Shown piece by piece: positions 1 through 9,043 of a DNA stretch of 64,000 bases. The stretch spans positions 32,001 to 96,000 of IMG/VR virus record IMGVR_UViG_3300020577_007133; one strand, given 5' to 3'. Each line of letters starts with the position of its first letter. The stretch's first letter is position 1. Under the pieces are notes generated by a model. It saw nothing but the letters and a program-made list of their open reading frames with translations. It searched no databases and had not been told where the DNA came from. The stretch is from a virus (lineage: Duplodnaviria; Caudoviricetes). Both the position numbers and the translations under genes were made by a program.

Positions 1-57
1 TTTTTGTTTATATTTATACCATCAGTTCAAATAAACAAATTAAAAAACACAGAAATT

Positions 58-417
58 ATGGTAGATTTAACATCGTTCATTATGGGTATAGTTTTGGTTC
101 TCGGGGTACTGGGAGTTGGGGTTGTGGTTATGATGTACATTCAAATTAACAGATTAAAAAGAAAATGTGCTCAATTGGAACAAGTTCAGGGACATATTTT
201 TACAGAAATAAATAGAACAGGTGATGACCTACATCGTCGTATTGATGGTGAGATTGGTAGAACTGATAAAATGTATGAAGAAACTAATCGATACGTCAAT
301 GGAAGAATTGATAGTGTATACAAAGATATTGAAGAGGTATATAGAAATATGGATTCTAGATTAGATAGATTAACAAATAAATTAAATCCGGCAAAAAAGG
401 ATTTATTACAAGATTAA
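58..417 (+). CDS. Hypothetical protein, N-terminal transmembrane helix plus coiled coil
   Basis: ORF 4..417, but ATG at 58 after an A-rich leader is the more plausible start; hydrophobic FIMGIVLVLGVLGVGVVVMM segment followed by heptad-like repeats. Confidence 0.65.
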   Translation: MVDLTSFIMGIVLVLGVLGVGVVVMMYIQINRLKRKCAQLEQVQGHIFTEINRTGDDLHRRIDGEIGRTDKMYEETNRYVNGRIDSVYKDIEEVYRNMDSRLDRLTNKLNPAKKDLLQD

Positions 418-440
418 AAAATAAACATTGAACTGATAAC

Positions 441-473
441 AAAAAAACCCATCGTAATGATGGGTTTTTCTTT
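441..473. terminator. Bidirectional intrinsic terminator between ORF1 and tmRNA
   Basis: AAAAAAACCCATC-GTAAT-GATGGGTTTTTCTTTT hairpin flanked by A and T tracts between convergent genes. Confidence 0.85.
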
Positions 474-868
474 TGGTGGAGATGAGGGGAATCGAACCCC
501 TTTCTTGCATACCTTAAAAATTAAGGACTACACGCTTAGGACATTGTTTAGCTAACAATCCGAAATTTCACAATTCCCTTATTTTTTAAGTGGTTCGGTT
601 TACTGAGAACTAATCTTCCACTCGTACCTTTTCGGGTAGGTACCACACCTTTGTAGAGACTTCTGTTGCAAGGTTATATGTCCATCGACCCCGTGTTGTG
701 TTTCCGCTTAGGCTACTACAACTTCCTCAGCACGGATTAAACCGATAGCTGACATTTTGTCTAAAATGTTGCCATTTATAGTTTTGTTACTCATAGATTT
801 AAGTGATAGAGAACATCTCACTGCGTGCCCCGAATGATTAACAATACCAATCAATACCGGTCATCCCC
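474..868 (-). ncRNA. ssrA: tmRNA (transfer-messenger RNA)
   Basis: 5' GGGGATG pairs with 3' CATCTCC-ACCA, with a G3:U wobble (Ala identity) and encoded CCA; T-arm GGGGTTCGATTCCCC; 395 nt; pk1-like GTGA/TCAC stem; ATAAAT-GGC resume context then tag GNILDKMSAIGLIRAEEVVVA* (773..708). Confidence 0.93.
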
Positions 869-882
869 TTATTATTATGGTA

Positions 883-913
883 CAAAGATAATACAAAAAA
901 TTGAAAAACCAAA
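883..913 (-). promoter_or_regulatory. Bacteroidota sigma70-type promoter for tmRNA
   Basis: TTTG-N19-TATCTTTG on the minus strand, 14 nt upstream of the tmRNA 5' end; matches the Bacteroidota -33/-7 consensus. Confidence 0.8.
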
Positions 914-945
914 TTTTTTTTATATTTATTTAAAAATAAATATCT

Positions 946-2328
946 ATGCCTAACGAAAACGACAACCACGGAGAATCAAGAATCATTTTCGAAGATTATG
1001 ATTGGTTAATTGTGAACCCTTTAGATTACGAATCTTACGTATATCACGCTCCGGAAAATATGAAATCAAGGTTTGGTGAATTTAGAGATGGGTATATTTA
1101 TTTTATCGTGGATAAAAATAATAATGCAACATATGCGGGTGGATTCAAAACCTATATGATGTATTTGGATGATGACGTTACGCAATATTATAATTGGAAT
1201 GGTAAAGATATAAAAAACAAAAAAACATTCGTTGAAGATTTTCCCGATGAGATAATTAAACAAATAAATAATATTCTTGGTAATAGTGAATTATATGAGT
1301 TATTGGTAAAAATAGTTTCAGGTCGTACAGTCGGTCCGTATGAAATGAAAAACTCCGATGACCTAATTACTAAGTTCACATATAACGAATCAAATCCGGG
1401 TAAAAGTTTAATTCGATTAACCTTTTATGATACTGATGACTTCTTTAAGATTTTCAACATAGATGAAAATGATAAATGGTTTGTTGATAGAATGTTTAGT
1501 AGTTATGATAGTTATGATTTTTATGATAGTCACCACGCATATGAAGAATGGAAACAAGGATATATTATTGATGGTTTTAATGATGAAAATCTTCAAAAGT
1601 TTAAAGAAATTGTTAGTTTAGTTGCACCCCAATATAGTAATTTAAATGACGAGGATACCAAAGTAAAAGCGGCAGAATTAATGGATGAGATGTTTAGTGA
1701 AATTAGTGATATATATGATGATTGGGTAACTGAGTACAACTATTGTTTAAATCGTGGTGGTGTTGAATGGATTCAATCTGATTTATGTGGTATTTTTAGT
1801 AATTATGGTTTAGTGGAAAAAGAATGTATGAAAGAATATCTAACCACCGCACGTATTTTATTATCATTATATAATCAGGTTAAAGATAGTACTTTAACGT
1901 TAACCGAATTGTTAAGTGAGTTAGTTAAAGATAAAGACATTGGAGGGTGGGATGAACATATGTTTGAAGTTGATTGTGTTGATTTTGATGATGATTCGTT
2001 TCAAACATACGTAACAAACAGATTGGAAAAAATTTATGATAGATTGGAAGATGATGAGAACTTTGTTAACGTTTCAGAATATTCTAGATTATATCAAGGA
2101 ATAACTTCAAAATATAAGATAGATACTAACTATAAAACTAAATACGGAAAATCTTTTAAAATTATAAAAATAAACCCGGTGGATAATAAAATTCACGTTG
2201 CGGTTGATATGGGAGGTGGTAAAGGACAAGAAAGAAGTTATACCGAAGATGAATTTAATAACTTTTTAGTTTCTCCGGAATTATTTGAAAATAAAAAAAT
2301 TCGTAAAAAAACATTAACATTCAAATAA
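946..2328 (+). CDS. Hypothetical acidic protein
   Basis: 460 aa ORF; TATTTAT motif at 923-929; no recognisable domain. Confidence 0.7.
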   Translation: MPNENDNHGESRIIFEDYDWLIVNPLDYESYVYHAPENMKSRFGEFRDGYIYFIVDKNNNATYAGGFKTYMMYLDDDVTQYYNWNGKDIKNKKTFVEDFPDEIIKQINNILGNSELYELLVKIVSGRTVGPYEMKNSDDLITKFTYNESNPGKSLIRLTFYDTDDFFKIFNIDENDKWFVDRMFSSYDSYDFYDSHHAYEEWKQGYIIDGFNDENLQKFKEIVSLVAPQYSNLNDEDTKVKAAELMDEMFSEISDIYDDWVTEYNYCLNRGGVEWIQSDLCGIFSNYGLVEKECMKEYLTTARILLSLYNQVKDSTLTLTELLSELVKDKDIGGWDEHMFEVDCVDFDDDSFQTYVTNRLEKIYDRLEDDENFVNVSEYSRLYQGITSKYKIDTNYKTKYGKSFKIIKINPVDNKIHVAVDMGGGKGQERSYTEDEFNNFLVSPELFENKKIRKKTLTFK

Positions 2329-2335
2329 TTTGTTG

Positions 2336-2343
2336 TATCTTTG
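2336..2343 (+). promoter_or_regulatory. Bacteroidota -7 promoter element, probably giving a near-leaderless mRNA
   Basis: TATCTTTG only 4 nt before ATG 2348; no -33 TTTG at the canonical spacing. Confidence 0.55.
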
Positions 2344-2347
2344 CCTA

Positions 2348-3166
2348 ATGGAAAGAGCTTATCAATTATTAAAAGATGTTTTGTCGGTTCCGACTAAAAC
2401 ATATCAAGAAACCTTTATGGTTGAATTTCTAATCAATTGGTTAGAGGAAAATGGGATTCCTTTTAATGTGGATGAACATCAAAATATTTACGCAATAAAA
2501 CAAACCGATGAGTTTGTGGATTACTTCCCTTGTGTAATTGCTCATACGGACACGGTACATTCAATAGATAATATTATCGTAAAAGAAGAGACATTACCAA
2601 ATGAACAGGGTGTGATTAAACCATCCTTAAAAGCGTATAATCATTTAGGTAACCCAACCGGAATTGGTGGTGATGATAAATGTGGTATTTATGCTTGTTT
2701 AGAATTACTGAAAGAATTACCTAATCTAAAAGCCGCTTTTTTTGTGTCTGAAGAAACCGGATGTCACGGTTCTAAAAAGGCTGACCCAAATTTCTTCATC
2801 AATGTTGGATATGGAATTCAATTTGACGCTCCCGGGAATACTATGGTAACCGAATACTGTATGGGTACTAAATTGTTCGATAGAGATAGTGATTTCTTCA
2901 AAACTTGTGATGAGATATTAAATGAATGTTTCATTAGTACTCCGGTATATCATTCCAATCCATATACCGATGTATATGCGTTAAAAAATAGTTTTGATTT
3001 TGCTTGTATAAATTTTGCAATCGGATATTATAACTATCACACTCCACGAGAATATGTTGTAGTTGAAGACGTTTATAATGGAATCAAAACCGGTAAAAAA
3101 ATGATTGAGAAATTAGGTAATAAAAAATATCATTATATCGCGGAAACAAAATATAGATTGTTTTAA
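2348..3166 (+). CDS. Zn-dependent peptidase, M28/M20 family
   Basis: Metal-ligand motifs AHTDTV, GGDDKCG, SEETGC, QFD and YHT; ATG 2348 preferred over TTG 2330. Confidence 0.8.
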   Translation: MERAYQLLKDVLSVPTKTYQETFMVEFLINWLEENGIPFNVDEHQNIYAIKQTDEFVDYFPCVIAHTDTVHSIDNIIVKEETLPNEQGVIKPSLKAYNHLGNPTGIGGDDKCGIYACLELLKELPNLKAAFFVSEETGCHGSKKADPNFFINVGYGIQFDAPGNTMVTEYCMGTKLFDRDSDFFKTCDEILNECFISTPVYHSNPYTDVYALKNSFDFACINFAIGYYNYHTPREYVVVEDVYNGIKTGKKMIEKLGNKKYHYIAETKYRLF

Positions 3167-3188
3167 AGAGACTTCGGTCTCTTTTTTT
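3165..3188 (+). terminator. Intrinsic terminator
   Basis: AAAGAGAC-TTCG-GTCTCTTT-TTTT, a C(UUCG)G tetraloop hairpin. Confidence 0.85.
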
Positions 3189-3218
3189 ATTATAAGATAT
3201 TTATAAATAAAATATTTT

Positions 3219-3737
3219 ATGAAAAACTTATTTATTATATCCGAAGAAGAAAAGGAAAGAATTTTAAATATTCACGAAAGTGCAACAAAACGCCAATATC
3301 TAAAGGAAGAGGTAGTGACGATAACTGATAACGATAAAAATTATGATTATCAAAAAAATGGTCAGACATATTTTTTTAGAGTTAAACCTACAGCAACAGA
3401 TAAAAGAGCATTAAAATATAAAGATGGTAATTGGCACCAAGCAACCTTTGGTGCGATTAATGCAATTAAAGCCCTTTTTGATAAAAAACCAATGGGGACT
3501 CAAAAACAAGCTCAACCACAACAAAAACAAGTTCAACCACAACAGAAACAAGTTCAACCACAACAGAAACCAGTAACACCGACAACACCATCAGACGCAG
3601 CGGTTAAAACGGCCACAACAAGTCAACAAACAATACCACAAACTATTAAATCACCGGATAATACTCAAACTCAAAATAAAGAACAATCAGGAGGTAGTAG
3701 TTTTTCAGAAACAGATTTAAATAATATAATAGCATAA
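3219..3737 (+). CDS. Hypothetical late (probably virion-internal) protein with Q/P-rich repeats
   Basis: TATTTAT at 3198-3204; N-terminal IISEEEKERILNIHES motif; 21-nt tandem repeats encoding QKQVQPQ at about 3501-3570. Confidence 0.65.
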   Translation: MKNLFIISEEEKERILNIHESATKRQYLKEEVVTITDNDKNYDYQKNGQTYFFRVKPTATDKRALKYKDGNWHQATFGAINAIKALFDKKPMGTQKQAQPQQKQVQPQQKQVQPQQKPVTPTTPSDAAVKTATTSQQTIPQTIKSPDNTQTQNKEQSGGSSFSETDLNNIIA

Positions 3738-3767
3738 AAAAAGGGGGATTATTTATCCCCCTTTTTT
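3736..3767. terminator. Bidirectional intrinsic terminator
   Basis: AAAAAAAGGGGGA-TTATTTA-TCCCCCTTTTTT between convergent genes. Confidence 0.85.
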
Positions 3768-5788
3768 GTTTTACTACTTTTTACTTCTTGAAATTTCACT
3801 TCCTTATCCACAACACACAATGAGTAAGGTGTGTCTTCGGTAACATTCCCTTTAATAATTTCTTCGGATACATAATCCTCAATTTTATCTTGGATTGCTC
3901 GTTTGATTGGTCTAGCACCATAGGTTTCATCAAAACCAACTTCCGAGATTAAATCTAAAATAGTATCATCAAAAGTGATGTTATATTTTAGTCCGATTAA
4001 TCGTTTAGACAATTTATCTAATTCTAATTTAACTATCTTCTTAACTTCATCTTTACCTAATGAATTAAAGATGATAACTTCATCAATTCTATTTAAGAAT
4101 TCCGGGGTGAAAAATTTTTTAAGTTCTTTTTTCAATGTTTCTCGTTTGTATTCTTCCTCCGCGTATGAACTATTACCGGTTTTAAAACCAACACCGGAAC
4201 CGAAGTCTTGTAATTTTTTAACCCCCACGTTTGATGTCATAATGATAACACAATTTTTGAAGTTAATTTTTCTACCCATACCATCGGTAAGGTGACCATC
4301 GTCTAATACCTGAAGTAGTGAACCAAAGATGTCTTTGTTTGCTTTCTCAATCTCATCAAAAAGGATAACTGAGTAAGGTTTGTTTTTTACTTGTTCGGTA
4401 AGTTGTCCTCCTTCATCATATCCTACGTATCCCGGAGGTGCTCCGATTAAACGTGAGATAGAATGTTTCTCTTGGTATTCGGACATATCAACACGAATCA
4501 TATTGTCTTCACTACCGAACATTTGTTTGGCTAGTTGTTTTGCCAAATATGTTTTTCCTACACCGGTTGAACCAAGGAAGATGAAAGAACCAATTGGTTT
4601 ATTTGGGTCTTTAATACCAACTCTGTTTCTTCTAATTGATTTAACAATTTTTGAAACCGCGTCAGATTGTCCAATAACTTTATCAGAAAGAATGTTTTCC
4701 ATTTCAGATAATGTTTTGGTTTCATCTGAATTAATTTTGGTTACCGGAATTTTGGTCATATTGGAAACCACTTCATAAACCAAATCTAAGGTAATTTCTT
4801 TTTTATTGTTTAAGGATTCTTCCTCAAACTTTTTCTTTTCCGCTTCAAGTTTGTTAAGGATTCGTTTTTCCTTATCTCGAAGATTGGCTGCTTCTTCATA
4901 ACGTTGTTGTTTAACAACATCAATCTTTTCTTGTTTGATATCCGCGGCTTGTTGTTTAAGTTTTTCGATGGATTCCGGTAGTTTAACTTCAACCTGACTT
5001 CTCGCTCCTACCTCATCAATAATATCAAAAGCTTTATCCGGGAATTCTCTGTCGGTGATATATCTGTCCGCCAAATCAACACAAGTTGATAGTACCTCAT
5101 CAGAATAAGTTACCTTATGGTAATCTTCATATTTTGATTTAACATTTTGAAGAATAATTAAGGTTTCTTCTTTGGTTGCAGCATCCACAATTACTTTTTG
5201 GAAACGTCTCTCTAACGCTCCGTCTTTCTCAAAGTTTTTACGATATTCGTCTAATGTTGTTGCTCCGACACATTGAATTTCTCCACGGGCAAGTGCAGGT
5301 TTGAAAATATTTGATGCGTCCATTGAACCGGATGAATTTCCCGCTCCAACGATTGTATGAATTTCGTCGATGAATACAATTATGTTTGGGGCGTTTTGAA
5401 GTTCCTCAATAATTACTTTCATCCTTTCTTCAAATTGACCTCGATATTTGGTACCGGCAACAATTGAAGTCATATCTAATGATACAATACGTTTATCCAT
5501 TAAATTCCTTGGACAATCTCCTTCAAAAATCTTAATGGCTAATCCCTCAACAATCGCTGTCTTACCACATCCGGGCTCACCAATAATAATTGGGTTATTT
5601 TTCTTTCTACGAGAAAGAATTTGAGCAATTCGAGTAATTTCACGCTCTCGACCAACAACCGGGTCAAGTTTTCCTTCTTGGGCTAATTTAATAAGGTCTC
5701 TACTAAAATTATCTAATACAGGTGTAGAAGAGTCTGTTTTGACTGCTTTATTACCACCGTTTGCTCCACCATCTAATGAATCTGTCAT
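3749..5788 (-). CDS. clpC: ClpC-type AAA+ unfoldase lacking the N-terminal Clp_N domain
   Basis: Two AAA modules (GEPGCGKT/FIDE and GSTGVGKT/LFDE); pore loops KYRG and GYVG; UVR-type middle domain (QRYEEAANLRD); ClpP-docking VGF loop. Confidence 0.9.
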   Translation of the reverse strand: MTDSLDGGANGGNKAVKTDSSTPVLDNFSRDLIKLAQEGKLDPVVGREREITRIAQILSRRKKNNPIIIGEPGCGKTAIVEGLAIKIFEGDCPRNLMDKRIVSLDMTSIVAGTKYRGQFEERMKVIIEELQNAPNIIVFIDEIHTIVGAGNSSGSMDASNIFKPALARGEIQCVGATTLDEYRKNFEKDGALERRFQKVIVDAATKEETLIILQNVKSKYEDYHKVTYSDEVLSTCVDLADRYITDREFPDKAFDIIDEVGARSQVEVKLPESIEKLKQQAADIKQEKIDVVKQQRYEEAANLRDKEKRILNKLEAEKKKFEEESLNNKKEITLDLVYEVVSNMTKIPVTKINSDETKTLSEMENILSDKVIGQSDAVSKIVKSIRRNRVGIKDPNKPIGSFIFLGSTGVGKTYLAKQLAKQMFGSEDNMIRVDMSEYQEKHSISRLIGAPPGYVGYDEGGQLTEQVKNKPYSVILFDEIEKANKDIFGSLLQVLDDGHLTDGMGRKINFKNCVIIMTSNVGVKKLQDFGSGVGFKTGNSSYAEEEYKRETLKKELKKFFTPEFLNRIDEVIIFNSLGKDEVKKIVKLELDKLSKRLIGLKYNITFDDTILDLISEVGFDETYGARPIKRAIQDKIEDYVSEEIIKGNVTEDTPYSLCVVDKEVKFQEVKSSKTKKGDK

Positions 5789-5818
5789 AATTTTTTACTT
5801 AATTAATAATTTATGATG

Positions 5819-5849
5819 CAAAGATAAACATATTTTTTTTAAATCCAAA
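5819..5849 (-). promoter_or_regulatory. Bacteroidota sigma70-type promoter for clpC
   Basis: TTTG-N19-TATCTTTG on the minus strand, back-to-back with a late motif at 5850. Confidence 0.8.
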
Positions 5850-5860
5850 TATTTATTGAT

Positions 5861-6202
5861 ATGAAATTACAAAGCGGTTGGAAAAAATATTTGGAAGTAA
5901 TCGATGAGTTGAAAGAATTGGAATCAATTTATCGTGAATTACGTCACGCATTTAGACGTGAGGGTTGGACTGAAAAGGATTTAGAGAAACCACCATACTA
6001 CCCGACAGATATAATGAGAAATTTTCAAAGATATTCCGATGAGCAAACCAGAGTTTTTCATTTATTAAAAGATTATTTTGATATAAAAGATTTTAATGAA
6101 TACACTGATTACTTAAAAGAAAGACTTCGTATTATTGATTTAGAAATACCTTTAAAAGATGGCGATACTAAAAGAAACAATTCAAGGGACGAAGATAATT
6201 AA
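5861..6202 (+). CDS. Hypothetical protein
   Basis: 113 aa ORF; TATTTAT 4 nt upstream of ATG. Confidence 0.65.
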   Translation: MKLQSGWKKYLEVIDELKELESIYRELRHAFRREGWTEKDLEKPPYYPTDIMRNFQRYSDEQTRVFHLLKDYFDIKDFNEYTDYLKERLRIIDLEIPLKDGDTKRNNSRDEDN

Positions 6203-6401
6203 TGAAATTAAATCTTCAAACGTAAAAAAAACCGAATACGACACTGAAACAAAAAAATTAGTTGTGGAATTTAACAACGGATTAAAGTACGAGTATGATG
6301 ATGTTCCTCATCAAATATATACTCAATTCAGAATGGCAGAATCTCAAGGAAAATTCTTCTCTTCAAAAATAGTTAAAACTTACAAACACAAAAAATTGTA
6401 A
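6159..6401 (+). CDS. KTSC domain protein
   Basis: SSNVKKTEYD..LVVEFNNG..YEYDDVP..Y..F..AESQGKFF matches the KTSC pattern. Confidence 0.85.
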   Translation: MAILKETIQGTKIINEIKSSNVKKTEYDTETKKLVVEFNNGLKYEYDDVPHQIYTQFRMAESQGKFFSSKIVKTYKHKKL

Positions 6402-6431
6402 CAATTATACTTTTTAAAGTATTTATGGATA

Positions 6432-7205
6432 ATGAGTAATTTAAAAAGTATTTTATCAAGTTTTCATTTAAAGGATAAACTAAATCCTAAGATTTGGGTT
6501 TTACCTAATGAAAGAGCTATGTCCGACCCAAAAGGACAGATGGAGACTATGAGACCTAAAGTCAGAGAAAGATTAATTGATATCGCTGACGAATTTATAG
6601 ATTTCTTAGGTGTAGATGTGATAGTATCAGATGTAATGATGACCGGGTCATTAGCTAATTATAATTGGTCTCAATTTTCAGATATTGATTTACATATAAT
6701 CGTTGATTTTGAACAATTCTCAGATAGAGAATTACCATTATATGAAGAACTTTTCAAATTAAAAAAAACTTTATTTAACGATAAGCACAATATCACCATT
6801 TTTGGTTACGATGTTGAGTTATACGTTCAAAATGAATCAGAATCACATTTTAGTAGCGGTGAATACTCAGTATTATATGATGAATGGATAACGAAACCTA
6901 AAATAGATAATACTGAAGTTGATACTGAACTAATCAAGAAGAAGTCACAACAATGGATGAACCAAATTGATATGGTTATTGAAAACGCGAAAAAAGAACC
7001 ATTGGATGTTGCAATAGATTTAATTGATAAGTATAAAGATAAGATTAAGAAATATAGAACTGCCGGGTTAGAAAAAGGTGGTGAAATGTCTGATGAAAAT
7101 TTAGTTTTTAAAGTTTTAAGACGAAACGGTTATATCCAAAAACTTTTTGATTTTCAAACTGAATATAAAGATGAAAAACTTTCTTTAGCCGAAAAAACAA
7201 TATAA
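6432..7205 (+). CDS. Pol-beta superfamily nucleotidyltransferase
   Basis: TGSLANYNWSQFSDIDLH (GS...DxD) plus a third acidic residue in DVELY; TATTTAT at 6420-6426. Confidence 0.8.
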   Translation: MSNLKSILSSFHLKDKLNPKIWVLPNERAMSDPKGQMETMRPKVRERLIDIADEFIDFLGVDVIVSDVMMTGSLANYNWSQFSDIDLHIIVDFEQFSDRELPLYEELFKLKKTLFNDKHNITIFGYDVELYVQNESESHFSSGEYSVLYDEWITKPKIDNTEVDTELIKKKSQQWMNQIDMVIENAKKEPLDVAIDLIDKYKDKIKKYRTAGLEKGGEMSDENLVFKVLRRNGYIQKLFDFQTEYKDEKLSLAEKTI

Positions 7206-7289
7206 TTAATAATAAACCTAATGGAATTATAACATTTTTAATTCCGAATATATTTATATATAAAATAATTCCGAAAAAAACACTATAAA

Positions 7290-8633
7290 ATGGGAAACAA
7301 TTTAAAACCGATTGGTAGCGAAAAACTTGAAGGTTTGGAAAAAATCCAACGTATTATGGAAATCGCTAGATACAAAGAAAATATTCCTACGCCTATAAAT
7401 GAAGACAAATCAACTGAATATACAAAAGTTTTAGCTGATGGTAAAACTTATAGAATCGATAAGGAAAAAAATGGTTACGTTATCAAAAGAAGTTTAACTG
7501 AATCAACTGATGAATTTGATTATATGGAACCAATGAAAAATAGAAAATATTATTCATCATATTCTCAAGCGTTCAAACGTTTAAATTTAGTTGCAAAAGA
7601 GGTTAACATTAATGAAGGTAACGATAAAAATGTTAATTTATTTTATGAGAGTCCTGAAGAAGCCACTAAATACATTTTAAAAATGGGTGGTGGTGAAACA
7701 TCAGAACAAGCCGCTCCGGCACCTGCACCCGCTCCGGCACCTGCACCCGCTCCGGCACCTGCTCCATCTCCTGAACCATCACCGGCTCCTGAGGAACCGA
7801 TTGATGATGTTGACGTTGATGTAGATGTTGATATGGAAGAGGATAATGAACCGGTAAGTCTTAAACTTATTCAAAAAATCACAGGTAGGTTAGCTCAAAG
7901 AATTAGAGAATATCGTGAAACTGAGGAAGGACAACAAATGAGTTCAAATGATATTAAATATGTTATTAATTCTGTATTATCTTCATTAGATTTAGATTCA
8001 TTAGATGAAGAGGATAAGGAAGAAATTATGAACAAATTTGAAGGTGTTGAAGATGAAGGTGATATGGGAGGATTTAATCCTGATGAAATGGGTGGTGAAG
8101 AACCAACACCTGAGGGAGAACCAACTCCAACACCGGATTTAGAAGGTGAGATGGCGGAAGGTTTTGATGATTTTGAAGTTAAATCCAAATTCAGTGATTA
8201 TGACGATGATGATTTTAAAGAAATTGATTTTGAGAAAGATTTTGATTTTGAACCAAGACACCCGAAACATAGAAATTTAAGACATCCTGATATTAAGGAT
8301 GATGAGGCAGGTCATTTAGAAGATATGATTGAAGGTATCTTTACTGAGTCAAAAGTTGATAAAATTATCGAAGGGTATTTTAAAATTGACGAAAAAGAAA
8401 AACAATTAATCGAATCAAAACAAAGAAATGAAAAATTGTTAAAAGAGGAGAGAAAACAAAAAATATCAAAAATTAAAAAATTATCTGAAAGTATTTCTCA
8501 AGAAGTAGGTTCGACTAAATTTTTAAATTCAAATCCTAAAGCTAAATTAGTTGGTAAAACCAATAAGAAAAATTTAGTATTTGAAATGGATGGAAAACAA
8601 TATAGAGTAAATACTAAAGGTCAGGTGATATAA
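7290..8633 (+). CDS. Hypothetical late protein, acidic with Ala-Pro linker
   Basis: 447 aa ORF; TATTTAT at 7251-7257. Confidence 0.7.
   Translation: MGNNLKPIGSEKLEGLEKIQRIMEIARYKENIPTPINEDKSTEYTKVLADGKTYRIDKEKNGYVIKRSLTESTDEFDYMEPMKNRKYYSSYSQAFKRLNLVAKEVNINEGNDKNVNLFYESPEEATKYILKMGGGETSEQAAPAPAPAPAPAPAPAPAPSPEPSPAPEEPIDDVDVDVDVDMEEDNEPVSLKLIQKITGRLAQRIREYRETEEGQQMSSNDIKYVINSVLSSLDLDSLDEEDKEEIMNKFEGVEDEGDMGGFNPDEMGGEEPTPEGEPTPTPDLEGEMAEGFDDFEVKSKFSDYDDDDFKEIDFEKDFDFEPRHPKHRNLRHPDIKDDEAGHLEDMIEGIFTESKVDKIIEGYFKIDEKEKQLIESKQRNEKLLKEERKQKISKIKKLSESISQEVGSTKFLNSNPKAKLVGKTNKKNLVFEMDGKQYRVNTKGQVI
7711..7762 (+). repeat. 18-nt coding tandem repeat (APAPAP)
   Basis: CCGCTCCGGCACCTGCAC repeated about 2.9 times, identical. 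Confidence 0.85.
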
Positions 8634-9043
8634 TGAATTATTTAATATATGTTAATGAATTAGGACCGAACTATAAAGGAGATAACATATACGAATTTAT
8701 TTTTTCGGATGATTTGGAAGATGTATGGGGAGAAAATTGGGAGTCATCTCCAGCAAATGAAAACCCACTTCCACCGGATTTAGAACACATAAAAAAAGTA
8801 GGAGTTTTGAAGAATGACCAAATCACATTGTCAGTAATTCAAAACTCTGACTATTTTACGATGTTAGATTCGATTGACGGTATTATTGCTTTAGCATACG
8901 AAAACGATAGTAGTGATATCGATTTTGCTAAACAAAAACGATTGGTTTTTAAATACGGTGAAACCGAAGAATCAGTCAAAGATAAATTATATGAACGAGA
9001 TTTCGTTTTAGAATTTGAAAAAACATTAAAATATGAACACTAA
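8633..9043 (+). CDS. Hypothetical protein
   Basis: 136 aa ORF, TAATG-coupled to the upstream gene. Confidence 0.7.
   Translation: MNYLIYVNELGPNYKGDNIYEFIFSDDLEDVWGENWESSPANENPLPPDLEHIKKVGVLKNDQITLSVIQNSDYFTMLDSIDGIIALAYENDSSDIDFAKQKRLVFKYGETEESVKDKLYERDFVLEFEKTLKYEH

Noticed and set aside
474-505. tRNA gene suggested by the TGGTGGAG...GAATCGAACCCC 3' end
   Set aside because: The matching 5' acceptor strand lies ~390 nt away with a tag ORF between, so this is tmRNA rather than tRNA
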